Part shown: in pieces, positions 9,162 to 20,469 of the stretch
Layout of the letters: every line of letters starts with the position of its first letter
Numbering within the stretch: position 1 is the first letter of the stretch
Source: an uncultured Gemmatimonadaceae bacterium
GTDB taxonomy: Bacteria > Gemmatimonadota > Gemmatimonadetes > Gemmatimonadales > Gemmatimonadaceae
Reading direction: 5' to 3'
DNA length: 54,768 nt
Assembly (NCBI GenBank): GCA_963829055.1
Contig: CAWHHI010000015.1
Coordinates: forward strand, 1 to 54,768
Position numbers and translations under genes: made by a program
Notes under the pieces: model-generated
Databases searched by the model: none
Seen by the model: the letters and a program-made list of their open reading frames with translations, nothing else
What the model was told of the DNA's origin: nothing

Positions 9162-12100
9162 ATGCCCGATTCGCAGCACCGCCTTCTCTTCACCGGCCCG
9201 TTCCACGCCGACCACCGCGCACGTGCCCTCGACGCCCTGTGCGCCCGGGCTGACGCCAACGCCCGCGACATCCTTTATATAGTCGCGTCCGCGGCGGCCA
9301 AGCGCCGGGCAATCTCTGACCTGCTGGCCCGCCGCGACGCGATCTTCGGGTTCCACGTCATTACCCTCCGCGGCCTCGCGGCCGAGCTCGCGCGCCGGGC
9401 TCACGCCAAGGAGCCCGCCCGCGTGAGCGGCGTCGTCGATGAGCTGCTCGTCGAGCGCGAGATCCGCTCTGCGTCCGGCAGCCGATTTCGCGGCGCCACG
9501 CCCGTTAGCGGCCTCGCTGCGAAAGCGGCATCCACGATCGACCTCCTCGAGCGAAACGGCGCCACCCCTTCGGCGTTTAGGGGTTTCCTCGACCAGTCTG
9601 CCAATGTGGGCGACGGAGCACGCATGCTGGCGCAGGCATGGGGCGGTCTCGCGGTCAAGCGGCCCCACTATGGCCGAACGGAAGCCGGCATGCTCGCCGA
9701 GGCTGTCGAGTTGCTCCAGGTGAACGCCGGTGTTCTCAATGGGCTCGACGTCCTCGTCCTCGAGGACCTGTCGCTGCTGACTGCAATGGAGTGCGCGGTC
9801 GTCCGCTCGCTCGTCGCACGTGCGCCGGCGCACGTGATCGCGTCGCATGGATACGTTGGGCAGCTCGCGGATGCGCCGTCCTCGCGTTCCCTGCGAAGTC
9901 TTCGCGAGCTCGCGTCCTGGACTGAGACGCGTTGTGCACCGATCGACGACAATCGGACCGCATTGCTCCGCCGACTCTTCGCTGCGTCGGACACGACTTC
10001 TGCTGTCGCGTCGTCGAATGGCACCGTGCCCGCGATCCGCATGACCCGGCTCGAGTCCAACGGCGACCTCGGCGAGGTTCGCACCGCGGCGCGCGTCGTT
10101 AGGCGACACCTGGATGCAGGCGTCGCCCCGGAACACATCGCGCTCGTCGCCCACGGCGCTGGGGGGCGCTATCGTGAGCTCGTCCGCGAGGTCTTCGGCG
10201 CCGCCAGAATCCCTGTCGCCGTCGCGCTTCCACGAACGCTCGCCGAGACGGGGATCGGGAGTGTGCTGCTCCAGCTCCTCGAGCTGGCGATCGTTCCCGA
10301 ACGCATGACTCGCGAGACGTCACTCGCCGTCGCCCGTGCGCCGCACGTGGGCCTTCGCACGCGGCAGCGCCGACCGTCTTCATCAGCAGGTCGTGAACGC
10401 AGGGTTTCTCGGGTTGGACGGATGGACCGAGCTGGCCACGAAGACGTTAGGCGAGCACGCTGCGAACCGCGTGAATCGTCTCAAGCGCGCGGTCGCCACG
10501 GCGCGTAGCGGCTTCGAGTCGGTGTCGTCCCCAGCACAGGCGGCGCGAGTGGTCCGGCAGCTCGCGAAGGAGCTTCACCTCCTGAACAACGCATACTTCG
10601 AGCGCCGGCGCTCGGCTCGTAGCTCGTACTCGCCGCAGCGCGCCGATGGCGTGGACGCCCTGTCGTCGATGACCGCGCTCGCGGTACGCGAGGACAGCCT
10701 GGCCTGGGAAGCGATCGTCACCGACAAGAACTCGGTGCTCGATACCACCGTGCCCACGATGCTCGAGATCGATCGCGTCTCGGCAGGCAAGTCCGGGCTG
10801 GAATACGCTGCAGCGTGGCTCGCGATGCTCACTCGCGTCATGCACTCGGACACGGTGACGCCTGAACGCGCGCCGGCGCACGCGGTGCAGTTCCGTGGCA
10901 CGGGCCCGGGCTGCGAAGCCCCGGCGCGCGTCACGATCGTGCTCGGCCTTCTCGAGAAGATCTTCCCGCGCCAACCACGCCAGGATCCTTTCCTCGACGA
11001 CGAGCTCCGGACTGCGCTCTCGGCTTCGTTCGGCTGGCAGCTGCCGACAACCGTGGACGCGGTCGACCGCGAGCGCGAATGCTTCATCCGCGCGATCTCC
11101 TCTGCCACCGAGTCCCTCTACCTGTCGTACGCGGCGACTGATGCCGAGGGGAGGCCGGGAGTCAGGTCGTTCTTTGTCGATGACCTGCAGGCCGCGGTCG
11201 GAGAACAACATCCGATCGGCGTCGAACACTCCGGCGCGACCACGGCGATTGCCAATGTGAGCGATGCGGTGAGCGCGAGCGGACTGCTGACCGCGGTCTC
11301 GCACGACGTGTGGCAGTACCTCCCGCGCACGACCGACGTGACTGGGCGTCGCGGGGCGGCGTTCCGCGCGCTCGATGCGTTGGCGCGTCGCGAGCAGGAT
11401 GTCTCGCCCGTTAGGCACGGGCGTCGCGTGAGCCAGACGCCGGATCTTGCGGGCGTGCTGCCCGTGGATGCGCCGCATCTCACGCTGCGACTGAGCGCCT
11501 CACAGCTCAAGACGATCTCGCACTGCACGTACGAGCACTTCGTCGATAAGGTACTGGACCCGAGCTCCATCGCCGCGCCGGAGTACAACGCGCCTGACGA
11601 AAGGCAGCCTCATACATGACGCCATCATGCACTGGGCGACGGCGCTCGATGGCTGGAACGCGAGGTGAGGCAGCGCTGACGGAGATCGACGAATGGGTAC
11701 GCGGCCGGGTCGAGCAGTGGTCGCCAGCGCAGCGCGGCACCACGAAGACGGCGCGAACGATGGCTGCGGATCTCGAGCGTCTGAACGAGTTCCTCCGCGA
11801 GGAGCTACGCGACGCGGAGACGCCTGGCGTCGGGCGTCCGACGTTCGCCGAGCTGGCATTCGGCGAAGAGCCGAACGCTGCGCATGGTCCCCGTGATGCG
11901 GCGTCGCGCGTCGAGACATTTCCCCTTCAGCTCAAGACGTCGACGGGCCTGGTGACGGTACAGTTCCGCGGGTCGATGGATCGCGTGGACGTCGTCACCG
12001 TCGACGATAGGCAGTACGCGGTCATCATCGATTACAAGAGTGGCAAGAATTCCGAGTACTACGCAAACGCCATGATGAGGGGCGAGGACCTGCAGCTTCG

Positions 12101-12421
12101 GCTGTACCTGCTCGTCCTTCAGGAGTTCTGGAACATCACGCCGATCGGTGCGCTGTACCTGGGCTTCGGCGACGGCGTTAGGCGTGGAGCCATACGAGCG
12201 GACTTCGCCGATCGCTTTGCCGGCATGGACCGGAGCGACGTGAAGCGCCTCGCGGCGCCGGACTGGCAGGGATTCGTCGACGAGACACACGGACTCGTCA
12301 CGCGCGCTGGTGGACCGTCTCGTCAGGCTGGACGTGACGCCGGCGCCGCGCGACAACAAGTGCGGTTTCTGTAGAGCTCACTCCGGTCTGCCGGTACGAT
12401 CGCTGGGCGCCGGCATCATGA
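9162..12421 (+). CDS. AddB/AdnA-like inactive-helicase plus PD-(D/E)xK nuclease subunit (frameshifted)
   Basis: ORFs 9162-10508, 10336-11619, 11616-12374. Motifs LGLLEKIFP, ERECFIRAISSA..L.LSY, LSASQL...HC.Y.HF, ELAFG, RGSMDRVD, IIDYKSG, QL.LY, terminal CGFC...C. ATGA overlap with the next gene. Confidence 0.85.
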
Positions 12422-15400
12422 CTACACCCATCACGGTGCCGCAGGCCCTCGCGCCGACGCTGGATCGACGTTCCAGTGACCGCCACGCGTTCTCCGCTGA
12501 ACAGGACGCTGCCATCCGCGCCCGCGCACCACTCGTCGCGCTCTCCGCCGGCGCCGGGTCGGGCAAGACGACGGTCCTCGTCGAACGGTTCATCGACCTC
12601 GTCCACCACGACGGCGTGTCGCCGCTCGAGATCCTCGCGATCACGTTTACCGAGAAGGCGGCGGCGGAGATGAAGGAGCGCATCGTCCGCCGCTTCGAGG
12701 AGCGGAAGGACGTGGCGAATCGTCGTCAGGCAGAGGCGGCGTACATCTCGACGATCCACGGCTTCTGCGCGCGAATCCTGCGCGAGAATCCGCTCGCGGC
12801 TCGCCTCGACCCGTCGTTCCGCGTCATGGACGAGCTGACGCGGAGCGTTTTCCTCGATGAGCGACTGGAAGAGCTCTACGCGGACGACTGGTTCGCCGGG
12901 CACGTGGAGTTGTTGAGCAAGCGATTCGGCTTCGAACGGCCGGCGCTGGTCGAGATCATCGAGGAAGCCGCGTTTCTCCCCGCGGAGTTCGGAAGGCTGG
13001 GCGTGACCGAAGAGAGCTTCACCGTCGAGGAACACATCGCGGGTGCGATGCGCCGTGTCGCGGAGCACTGGAGCGGTCAGTGGCAGCGCGCACGAGCATG
13101 GCTCCTCGACGCCGAAGCGATGATCGTACGCGCGGAAGTGAACGGACCGACGCGACGACAACAGCACGACGCGATGTGTGGCATCATCCGGGAGCTGGCC
13201 CATACCGAGGCGATTGACGCCCGCCTCGCTGAGCGGTTTGGCCAGTGCGCGGCATTTACGGCCGGCGCGGTAGATCGTGAGCTGTTGAAGGCCGTGCTGG
13301 ATCCGTTGAAGAAGTTTTTCAAGGACAGCATCGAAGTCGATTTCGCGGAGCTCGAGCGTCAGGAGCGGGAGGTGTTCGCTCCACTCAAGGCGAAGATCTA
13401 CGAAACGGCGATGGAGACTCGCCGCAAGTACGAGGAGTTCAAGCGTCAGCACGGCTACCTCGACTTCGAGGACATGCAGCGCCGCGCGTTGGAGCTGCTC
13501 GACGACGACGCTGTACGGTCGGCGTACGGAAAGCGCTTCACGCACATCCTGCTCGACGAAGCGCAGGACACGAATGATGTGCAGATGCGCATCGTCCAGC
13601 GGTTGCAGGACGGCCGACAGAGTCTGTTCGCCGTGGGCGATGTGAAGCAGTCGATCTACGGATTCCGGGGCGCGAACGTCGAGATCTTCCAGCGACTCTG
13701 TCATTCCGGGCGCAGCGACGATTCTTCTCTCCCCACCGCGTCTACACTCTCTCTCGTCGACAACTATCGCTCTCGCGCAGGTGTCATCGACGTCGTCAAC
13801 GCTGTTGGCGAACGGTTATGGAACGACGGCTCCATCGAGTTCGAGGCGCTGTTGCCGCAGTTCCCCTACGAGCCGCGCGGCAGCGATCCACGTGTCGAGC
13901 TCTGGGTCATGGAGAAGCGCAAGAGCGAGACCGACGATGAGGCGAAAGACTCGGCCGACGACGTCCGCGAGCGCGAAGGTGTCGCCCTCGCCGTCGTGGA
14001 TCCGCTCCGCTGTCGATGGCGATCGGGGTTTCGCGGTCTACGATCGCATCACGGAGACCTACCGACGCGTGCAGTACGGCGACATCGCCATACTAAGCAA
14101 CTCGCGCCTGCCGTTCCCCGCGTACGAACGTGCGCTCGCCGAGCTCGGGATTCCGTTCGTGAAGGATGGCGGGCGCGAGTTCTTCCTCGGGCGCGAAGTG
14201 CAGGACCTGCTCGCCGCGATGCGCGTCATCCACAACCCGCTGGACGACGTGAACCTGCTCGCCACGCTGCGGTCGCCACTCTTCGGCTGGGGCGACCGCG
14301 ATCTTGTGCGGCTTCGCGTCGCCGCGGGTGAGGGGTCGTTGTGGGACGCGCTACCCCGCGTCACACCTAACGACGCAACAGCGGCGCCCGATACACTCGC
14401 ATCGCTTCGCACGCTGCGTCAGTATGCGGCGGTCGTGCCGCCGGTCGGGCTGATTGAAATGATCTGCGAGGTCACGGCCTATCGCGCCGCGCTGCTCTGC
14501 CTTCCGCGCGGACGCGCACAGGTCGCGAACATCGACAAGCTGATCGAGTTCGCGCGCGTGACCGCGACGCTCGATGGTCCCTCGCTCGCGGCGTTCGTAC
14601 ACAGGGCCGAGTTGGCGGAGAAATACCTGGCGGCTGAGACGGATGCACCGATCGCGACCACGGGTGACGATGTCGTCACGATCTCGACGATTCACGGCGC
14701 GAAGGGGCTGGAGTGGCCAGTCGTGATGCTCGCCGGTCTCGATAGTGACTTCGCCCGCCTCGACACGACGTCCCGCTACCTGGCGGCGGAGGGCGCGCTG
14801 ATCCTTCAATACAAGGATGAGCACGGCGAGCAAGTGCGGTCGGCGGGAAACGCGCCGCTCATCGAGGCCGCGAGGGCACGCGAGGAGGCGGAGGCGCGCC
14901 GACAGCTCTACGTCGGAATGACGCGCGCACGCGAACGGCTGATCCTGAGTGGCCGCTACTCGTATCCGAAAACGCCGATCAACAAGAATGGCCTCGCCGC
15001 GCCGATGGACTGGCTCGCCATAGAGCTAGGCATCACCGCGCCGGGTACCGAGGCAACCATTGTCAGGCTCGGTGCGGCCGAGCTGCTCGTCGACTTCGTG
15101 TCACCCGAGCGGGTCGAGACGCTGCGCGCTGCCGCCGCTGGCCTGCGAGACGAGCGGCTCGCCGCCGCGAGGCAGGCGGTGCGTGACGGGCTCCCGGTCG
15201 AGTGGGCAGAACGCGTCGCCATCCGAGGTGCCCGCAGCGGTCGCGCGAGTGTTGGGCGATCAGGCCACTCCTTGGGCAACGCAGCGAGCGCTGGCGATGA
15301 CGACGGTCACGCAGCTCGTGTATTTCCTCCGCTGCCCGATGGTCTACTACTTCGACCTCGTGCTGCAGATCGATGAGCATCCGCGTGGGCGAGGTAAGGC

Positions 15401-16049
15401 GGCAATGACTGCCGCGAAACGAATGAGCGCGCTGGATCGGGGGACGCTCGTTCACGAGCTGCTCGAGCGCGCTGATCTGACGGCGATACCGAGTGCGGAG
15501 ACCGAGAGACTCGTTGGTGAGCTCACAGACATCGAGCCTAACGAGCGATCGCGGATCGCGGGCATGCTGGGCAACGTCCTCGGCGATCCGCTTCTCGAGC
15601 GGGCACGCTCGGCCACTCGGCTCGAGCGCGAGTATCCGTTCTATCTCGAGATCGGTGGGTCGACGGTGCAGGGCGTGATCGATCTCGTCTTCCGCGACGC
15701 CGAGGGTCGAGGCGTCGTGGTGGACTACAAGTCGAATGACCTCGCCGCGCCTGGTCGCCTGGCGACGCTGACGGAGCTGTACCGTCCGCAGATCGAGCTG
15801 TACGCATTGGCGGCGCGTCGTGCTGGTCTCGTCGAGCCGACCGAGGGAACACTGTACTTCCTCAACAAGGCGCAGGCGGTGACTACACCGCTGGACGCCG
15901 AGAAGCTCGATGCCGTCGAGGAGCAGGCAAGCGACACGTTAGGTAGAATCGCCCGCGGTGCGTGGGACACACAGCCTGGCGAGAAATGCCGGAGCTGCGG
16001 CTACCGGAAGCGCGGCTATTGCGAGGTCGGGAAGGCCTTCAAAGAGTGA
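12418..16049 (+). CDS. addA: AddA/AdnB-like UvrD (SF1A) helicase plus nuclease subunit (frameshifted)
   Basis: AGAGSGKT, ITFTEKAA.EMK, STIHGFC, LDEAQDT, VGDVKQSIYGFRG, NYRS, TIHGAKGLEW, YVGMTRARE, QGVIDL, VVDYKS, terminal CRSC...C. Confidence 0.88.
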
Positions 16050-17213
16050 GTGTGCTACAGCGGCACCTCGTCTCCGTCTGGAATCCGTCGTACGAAGCCG
16101 ACGCGATGGACCAGCATCTGTCCGTCCTCCTCGCGAATGCGGCGCGGTTCCGGGACAAGAAGTGTGACGAGGAAGATGTGTACGTCTGGTGGGGCAAGAT
16201 CCGCTCGTCGAATCGTCAGCAGCCGATGCCTCACCTCGACGACATCCTCGCGATCGACGCCGAGCTCGGTGAGGACGGAGAAACGGTCGCCGCCGACCGT
16301 GAGGTTCACCTCTACCTCACGGACTACCGTTCGCTCTACGTCGCGCACGTCGCGGAGATCTCCACGGACGATCAGCGAGACGACGAAGGGCACGTGCCGG
16401 CGTTCTACGGCCAGAGGCGAGTTCAGCTTCGACTGCTGGTTTCAGCTCTGGGACATGAGACGCCTCGTCGCGAACGATACACCGGGCGTCGTCGAGGAGC
16501 TCAAGCAGCTTCGCAACACGCGCTACAACGACCGGCCCGTGTCGATCTACGGCGGGATGGTGGATCTCCCGCTCATCGTCACGCGTGCCGACGGCGCACG
16601 CTGGTTCGATCGCGCCGTGCGCGCCGCGCTCACCGACGGCCGTTTCTGGTGCGAGTTCGACGCCGAACGCAGTGGCGTTGGTGCAATGGAGCGCGAGCTC
16701 CGCGAGAACCTGTTCGGCGCGACGGCGTGGAATGCGTTGGATCCGGCGGCGAGGTCGTTCATCGCGTCCGCCGAGAAGATGTTTCGTGACCATCGGCACG
16801 ACGCCGCGTTCGACTTCAGCAGCGTCGTGATCGATTACGCGAAGGCGTTCGAGGTGCAGGTGAACAGCCTGCTCCGGCGGGCCATGGTCGGTGCCAAGCG
16901 CAATGTGCAGGTCGTCAATGTCGGTGGGAAGTCGATCGATATCATGACCGCGCCGCCGTTGTCGTTAGGCCAGCTCGCGCGAGCGATCGCGGACAACAAG
17001 CCGCTCAACGACTTGCTCAAGCGACGGCTGGATCCGCGCGAGTGGGTCGCGATCTCGCTGCCGCCGATTCTCGAGAACCTTGCCGCCTACCGAAATCCTG
17101 CGGCTCACGCTGACCGGATTACTCGCGAGCAGGTCGTTGCGCTGAGAGACAGTCTCGTTGGTGTTGGGTGTACGGGCAGGCTGGTGGAGCTCGGCAAAGT
17201 GAGGGTGGTCTGA
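16046..17213 (+). CDS. HP0729-like protein with C-terminal HEPN-like RxxxxH motif (one frameshift near 16410)
   Basis: GTGA overlap with the addA-like stop. WNPSY...QHL.VL...WGKIRS, LYLTDYRSLYVA and SIYGGM..LPL resemble the HP0729 family (recognised from memory). C-terminal RNPAAH. Confidence 0.6.
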
Positions 17214-17215
17214 GT

Positions 17216-17259
17216 TGTCATCCCGAGCGGAGCCGCGCAGCGGCGGAGTCGAGGGATCT
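17216..17259 (+). repeat. Half copy of the GTCATYCCGAG palindromic repeat
   Basis: tgtcatcccgagcggagccgcgcagcggcggagtcgagggatct. Confidence 0.75.
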
Positions 17260-17354
17260 GGTCGAGTGTGATAACAATGTCGCGGAGGAGAGTCATCTCC
17301 AATGCCCTGGCGCTCGATCACTCGCCCCGCGGCAATGCGGGTGAACCAAGCCGA

Positions 17355-17376
17355 CGGGGAGGCTTTCGCCTCCCCG
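17355..17376 (-). terminator. GC-rich hairpin downstream of the lasso precursor
   Basis: cggggaggc-gaaa-gcctccccg on the minus strand, about 12 nt after the stop; no clear U tract. Confidence 0.55.
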
Positions 17377-17387
17377 CGGCCAGAACC

Positions 17388-17501
17388 TTACGGAGCGTAC
17401 CGGTGAAACGGGTTCGCGCCATCGCCGGGGGTGAAATCGCCGCCACCGAGCGTCAACTCGCGCAACGTTCCCAAACGCTCGAGCTTGGGTGCCTCGTACA
17501 T
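17388..17501 (-). CDS. Lasso-peptide-type RiPP precursor (37 aa)
   Basis: MYEAPKLERLGTLRELTL-GGGDFTPGDGANPFHRYAP: YxxPxL leader motif, Thr at -2, Gly1, Asp9; AGGAGG RBS just upstream. Confidence 0.8.
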   Translation of the reverse strand: MYEAPKLERLGTLRELTLGGGDFTPGDGANPFHRYAP

Positions 17502-17873
17502 CGAGCCCTCCTGAGTGAGGGGTTTCCGGGATTTCCCGGCAAAGCACGTCCGCCATGCCGGAGGCGCACCCTGCGGCAATGCCGGACGTGGTGGACGTTT
17601 CATCGTCCGTGGTGGTGCACAAGCCTTGCCGCTGCCACTCTAATGCGCCGATTAGCCCACGTCGGCGTTTTCGGCGCCAGGCCATGCCATTCGCGTACTG
17701 CACGTTATTGCCCACTCCTGATCATCCGACGGAGCGTTAGGCACGTCCGACGCTCGGCCACCCAAATCGCCGCAGGCGACAAAGCGCCGAGCTCGGCGAT
17801 CGAACCCGGCTGTCTGAGGGCACGTCATCTGCAGGCTCGTGCGACTCGCGTGACGAGACACAGGCAAGGAGGT

Positions 17874-18188
17874 ATGATGGCAAATCGCGACAATCTCAGC
17901 GGCATCACCGACCACAGCGTTACCGGCGACTGGGGCACGGAAGAGCAGTACTGGCGCAGCAACTTCAGCACGCGGCCCTACGTGAACGCCGACCGCGGGT
18001 TCGACTTCTACCAGCCGGGGTATCGGTACGGGTACGAGTCCGCCACGCGGTATCGCGGACGCAACTGGAACGACGTCGAGAGCGATCTGCGGACGAGCTG
18101 GGACCGGTACGAGCATCGCGGGCAGGGCACGTGGGAGAACGTGAAGGATGCAGTGCGAGACGCGTGGAATCGCGTCACCGGCCGCTGA
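17874..18188 (+). CDS. Small conserved hypothetical protein (Trp/Tyr/Arg-rich)
   Basis: AGGAGG RBS; YWRSNFSTRPY...YQPGYRYGYE...WNDVESDL...WENVKDAVRDAW. Confidence 0.75.
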   Translation: MMANRDNLSGITDHSVTGDWGTEEQYWRSNFSTRPYVNADRGFDFYQPGYRYGYESATRYRGRNWNDVESDLRTSWDRYEHRGQGTWENVKDAVRDAWNRVTGR

Positions 18189-18209
18189 CCGGGATCAGTC
18201 GTTAGGCGG

Positions 18210-18237
18210 GCGGCCCACCATCCATGGTGGGCCGCCC
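18210..18237. terminator. Hairpin between convergent genes
   Basis: gcggcccaccat-cc-atggtgggccgc. Confidence 0.55.
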
Positions 18238-18272
18238 ATACCGCGATGCCAAGGTTGGAAAGCGCCGATCGG

Positions 18273-19133
18273 TCAGTTGATCGGCCGTGGCTCGCCGTAG
18301 ATGAAGTCGTCCATCACGACAATGTCGCGCTTCACTCCCGCGCCCTTCACGTTGTCGAAGTTGTCGACGCCGATCGGAGTGTCGCCTGCGGTGATCCGAA
18401 CGCGCGCCACGACTCCCGCGTCGAACTTCGCGCCGATGAACGAGAGACCCCTGTCGTCACTGCGCCGCGGCGCCGTCAGCTTGAGCAGCTCGGTTCCGGC
18501 GGCGTCGAAGTACTGGATGGTGGTGGTCGAATCCGCCAGGCCGACATCCGCGAACACCGCGCCGAAGCCCGTCACCAGCGCCGGCGTATCAGACCCGGCG
18601 ACGACGAACCTCACGTCGGTCACGGTGCTGTTCCTCGCCGTGAAGAGTTTGCGCGGGCTGAAGGCCCTGAACTCCTGGGCATAACTCGGGTTCACGTCAA
18701 TGAACCCAATGTCGCTGATCCGGAATAGCTGCCCCTCGGTCGTGAGCAACACGCCACGGGGAGAAACGGTGTTGAAGAAATCGCCGGGGAAGGCATCGTT
18801 GTTCGTCACCGTCGCCCCCACGATGGGGGCGTCCCAGTTGATCTCACGACGGTCGCCCGGCTGTTCTCCCGCGACGTTCGGATTGAGAACGGGGCCGAGT
18901 AGCGAGCGATACTCGTTGACCGCGGGGGCAATGTCGCCGGTCGCGCTCACGATCTGCACGTCGTGCCGCTGCTTGACCGTATTCGGATCCGATTGTGGCG
19001 CAAGCTCGATCGCGCTGCTCTTCGTGCTGCTCACGCGGCCGGGCTCGGTCACGACGTCGCCAGCGTCACTACAGCCGGCGAGGATGATGGCCGCGCCTAA
19101 CAACGCGGCTCGAAGTCCGTTCATCTGCTGCAT
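18273..19133 (-). CDS. Hypothetical lipoprotein
   Basis: Lipobox ILAGC; RREINWD...FGAVFADV...DIVVMDDFIYGEP; GGAG RBS. Confidence 0.7.
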   Translation of the reverse strand: MQQMNGLRAALLGAAIILAGCSDAGDVVTEPGRVSSTKSSAIELAPQSDPNTVKQRHDVQIVSATGDIAPAVNEYRSLLGPVLNPNVAGEQPGDRREINWDAPIVGATVTNNDAFPGDFFNTVSPRGVLLTTEGQLFRISDIGFIDVNPSYAQEFRAFSPRKLFTARNSTVTDVRFVVAGSDTPALVTGFGAVFADVGLADSTTTIQYFDAAGTELLKLTAPRRSDDRGLSFIGAKFDAGVVARVRITAGDTPIGVDNFDNVKGAGVKRDIVVMDDFIYGEPRPIN

Positions 19134-19281
19134 GATTCTTCTCCATGAATTCACCACCACGGGTTCGATTGCCGGCCCGTGAAGCGGATACTTCATGGTG
19201 GCCTCGCCCTCACCCCGCGTCGGGCGTACCCTCCATCACGCAGCGGAATTCACGATGCGGACACCGCGACCACGAACCGGT

Positions 19282-19925
19282 CTACTTGGACCCGTTGTCG
19301 CGCAGCATCAAGGAAAGCGAGCCAAGGACCGGCACGTGGCTCTTGAGCATGACGAGCGTGCGCGCGGAGTCGTCGGTGAAGTACACCTCGGCGTTGCCGC
19401 CCTGCCCGAACAGGCCGCTCGCGTTGGTGATCGTCGGCTGGACGACGATCGTCTCGAACGTGCCGGCCGGCACCGTGATCGTCCGCTTGCCGATGACGCG
19501 GATGATCACGTCACGGCCCGACTTGAAGTAGCGCGGGATCGTATCCACGTCGCCGACGCGGAGCGGCAGCGTGCGGACGTAGAACAGGAACGACACGTCG
19601 TCGAGCGGCTCGTCGGTCGAGAGCGAGTCGACGCGACCACTGTGCTTCTCCACGAACGTTCCCTGCTCGGGGGCGATCTCGTAGTGCCGCCTCCGCGTGT
19701 GCCCGACCTCGCGTTGATTCTGCACGAACCGGCGCGAGGTGAAGCGATGTGGTCGAACCAGGAATCGAACTGGTCGTCGACCTTCGCGAACAGCAGCCCG
19801 CCGGTCACCTTGAGCGAGGCGTGCATGGTGTTGCGCCCGTCGACCGAGTCCGCGCCAATGACGTCGAATGACCCTCTGCCGACCCGGTGTCCCTTGAGCT
19901 CCACGTCGTAGGTCGCGTGCTCGAG
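19282..19925 (-). pseudogene. DUF3108-family protein, 5'-truncated and frameshifted
   Basis: TYDV...VG.G, KVDDQFDSW, PLDDVSFLFYVRTLPL, ITVPAGTFETIVVQP, VYFTDD..R..V; no signal peptide or start recognisable. Confidence 0.7.
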
Positions 19926-20268
19926 CGCAACTCCTCGCGGCATTGCGCCGGGATGAGCGGTCGGGCTGGTGATTCGGACGACGAGCTCGCTCGACGCCTC
20001 TCATGACCTGCACGCAGGAAGTCCGTGATCTCGACCGCGCGGGTCCTTCCGCGCGACGTGCAGACTCGGTACTGATCGTTGAGCGTGCGCTTCCGGTCCT
20101 GTCACCCCGCAACTCTCCCACCAAGTGCCGGCGGGCGCAACGACTCGCGAACTGCGGATCACGTCGAGCTTGGGTGGGCGACGCCCAGAGCGGTCCGGGC
20201 AGACGCGCCGCGCGACTTGGTACCTTGCCTCGCGTCCGCCGACCGCGGTCGCGGAACGAACGGATCAT
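19926..20268 (-). pseudogene. Decayed higB-higA (killer/antidote) remnant
   Basis: Fragments in shifting frames: MIRSFRDRG, KLDVI, LRGDRTG, NDQYRVC, VEITDF, then PTAHPG; compare intact higBA at 37919-38516. Confidence 0.6.
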
Positions 20269-20305
20269 GGCGCTGCCGGAGTCAGGCCGGCACGTCTCAT
20301 CGAAC

Positions 20306-20324
20306 TATAACGGATACCGTTATA
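20306..20324. promoter_or_regulatory. Perfect palindrome, probable HigA-type operator
   Basis: TATAACGG-ata-CCGTTATA upstream of the higB remnant; shares the TAACG..CGTTA core with 38525-38539. Confidence 0.55.
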
Positions 20325-20469
20325 CACGCCAATTTCCGATTGGAAGCGATCCGCCAGCATGGCGTTGGCGCGCCTTCATTTGCCATCGAGCTGGCCTACA
20401 GGCCATCGTTCCAGCGTGGCGTCACACAGCGTCGCCCATTCGGCCTCACGTGATCCGTGACGGTGCCCA

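Noticed and set aside
12298..13704. Long antisense or alternate-frame ORFs (also 39656-40894, 49490-50752, 52016-53392)
   Set aside because: Shadow ORFs of well-supported genes in high-GC DNA, with no recognisable motifs.
9162..16049. Programmed frameshifting in the addAB-like genes
   Set aside because: No slippery heptamers evident; similar indels occur throughout unrelated genes.
17268..17873. N-terminal extension of the 17268-18188 ORF
   Set aside because: It overlaps the lasso precursor antisense; the RBS supports a start at 17874/17877.
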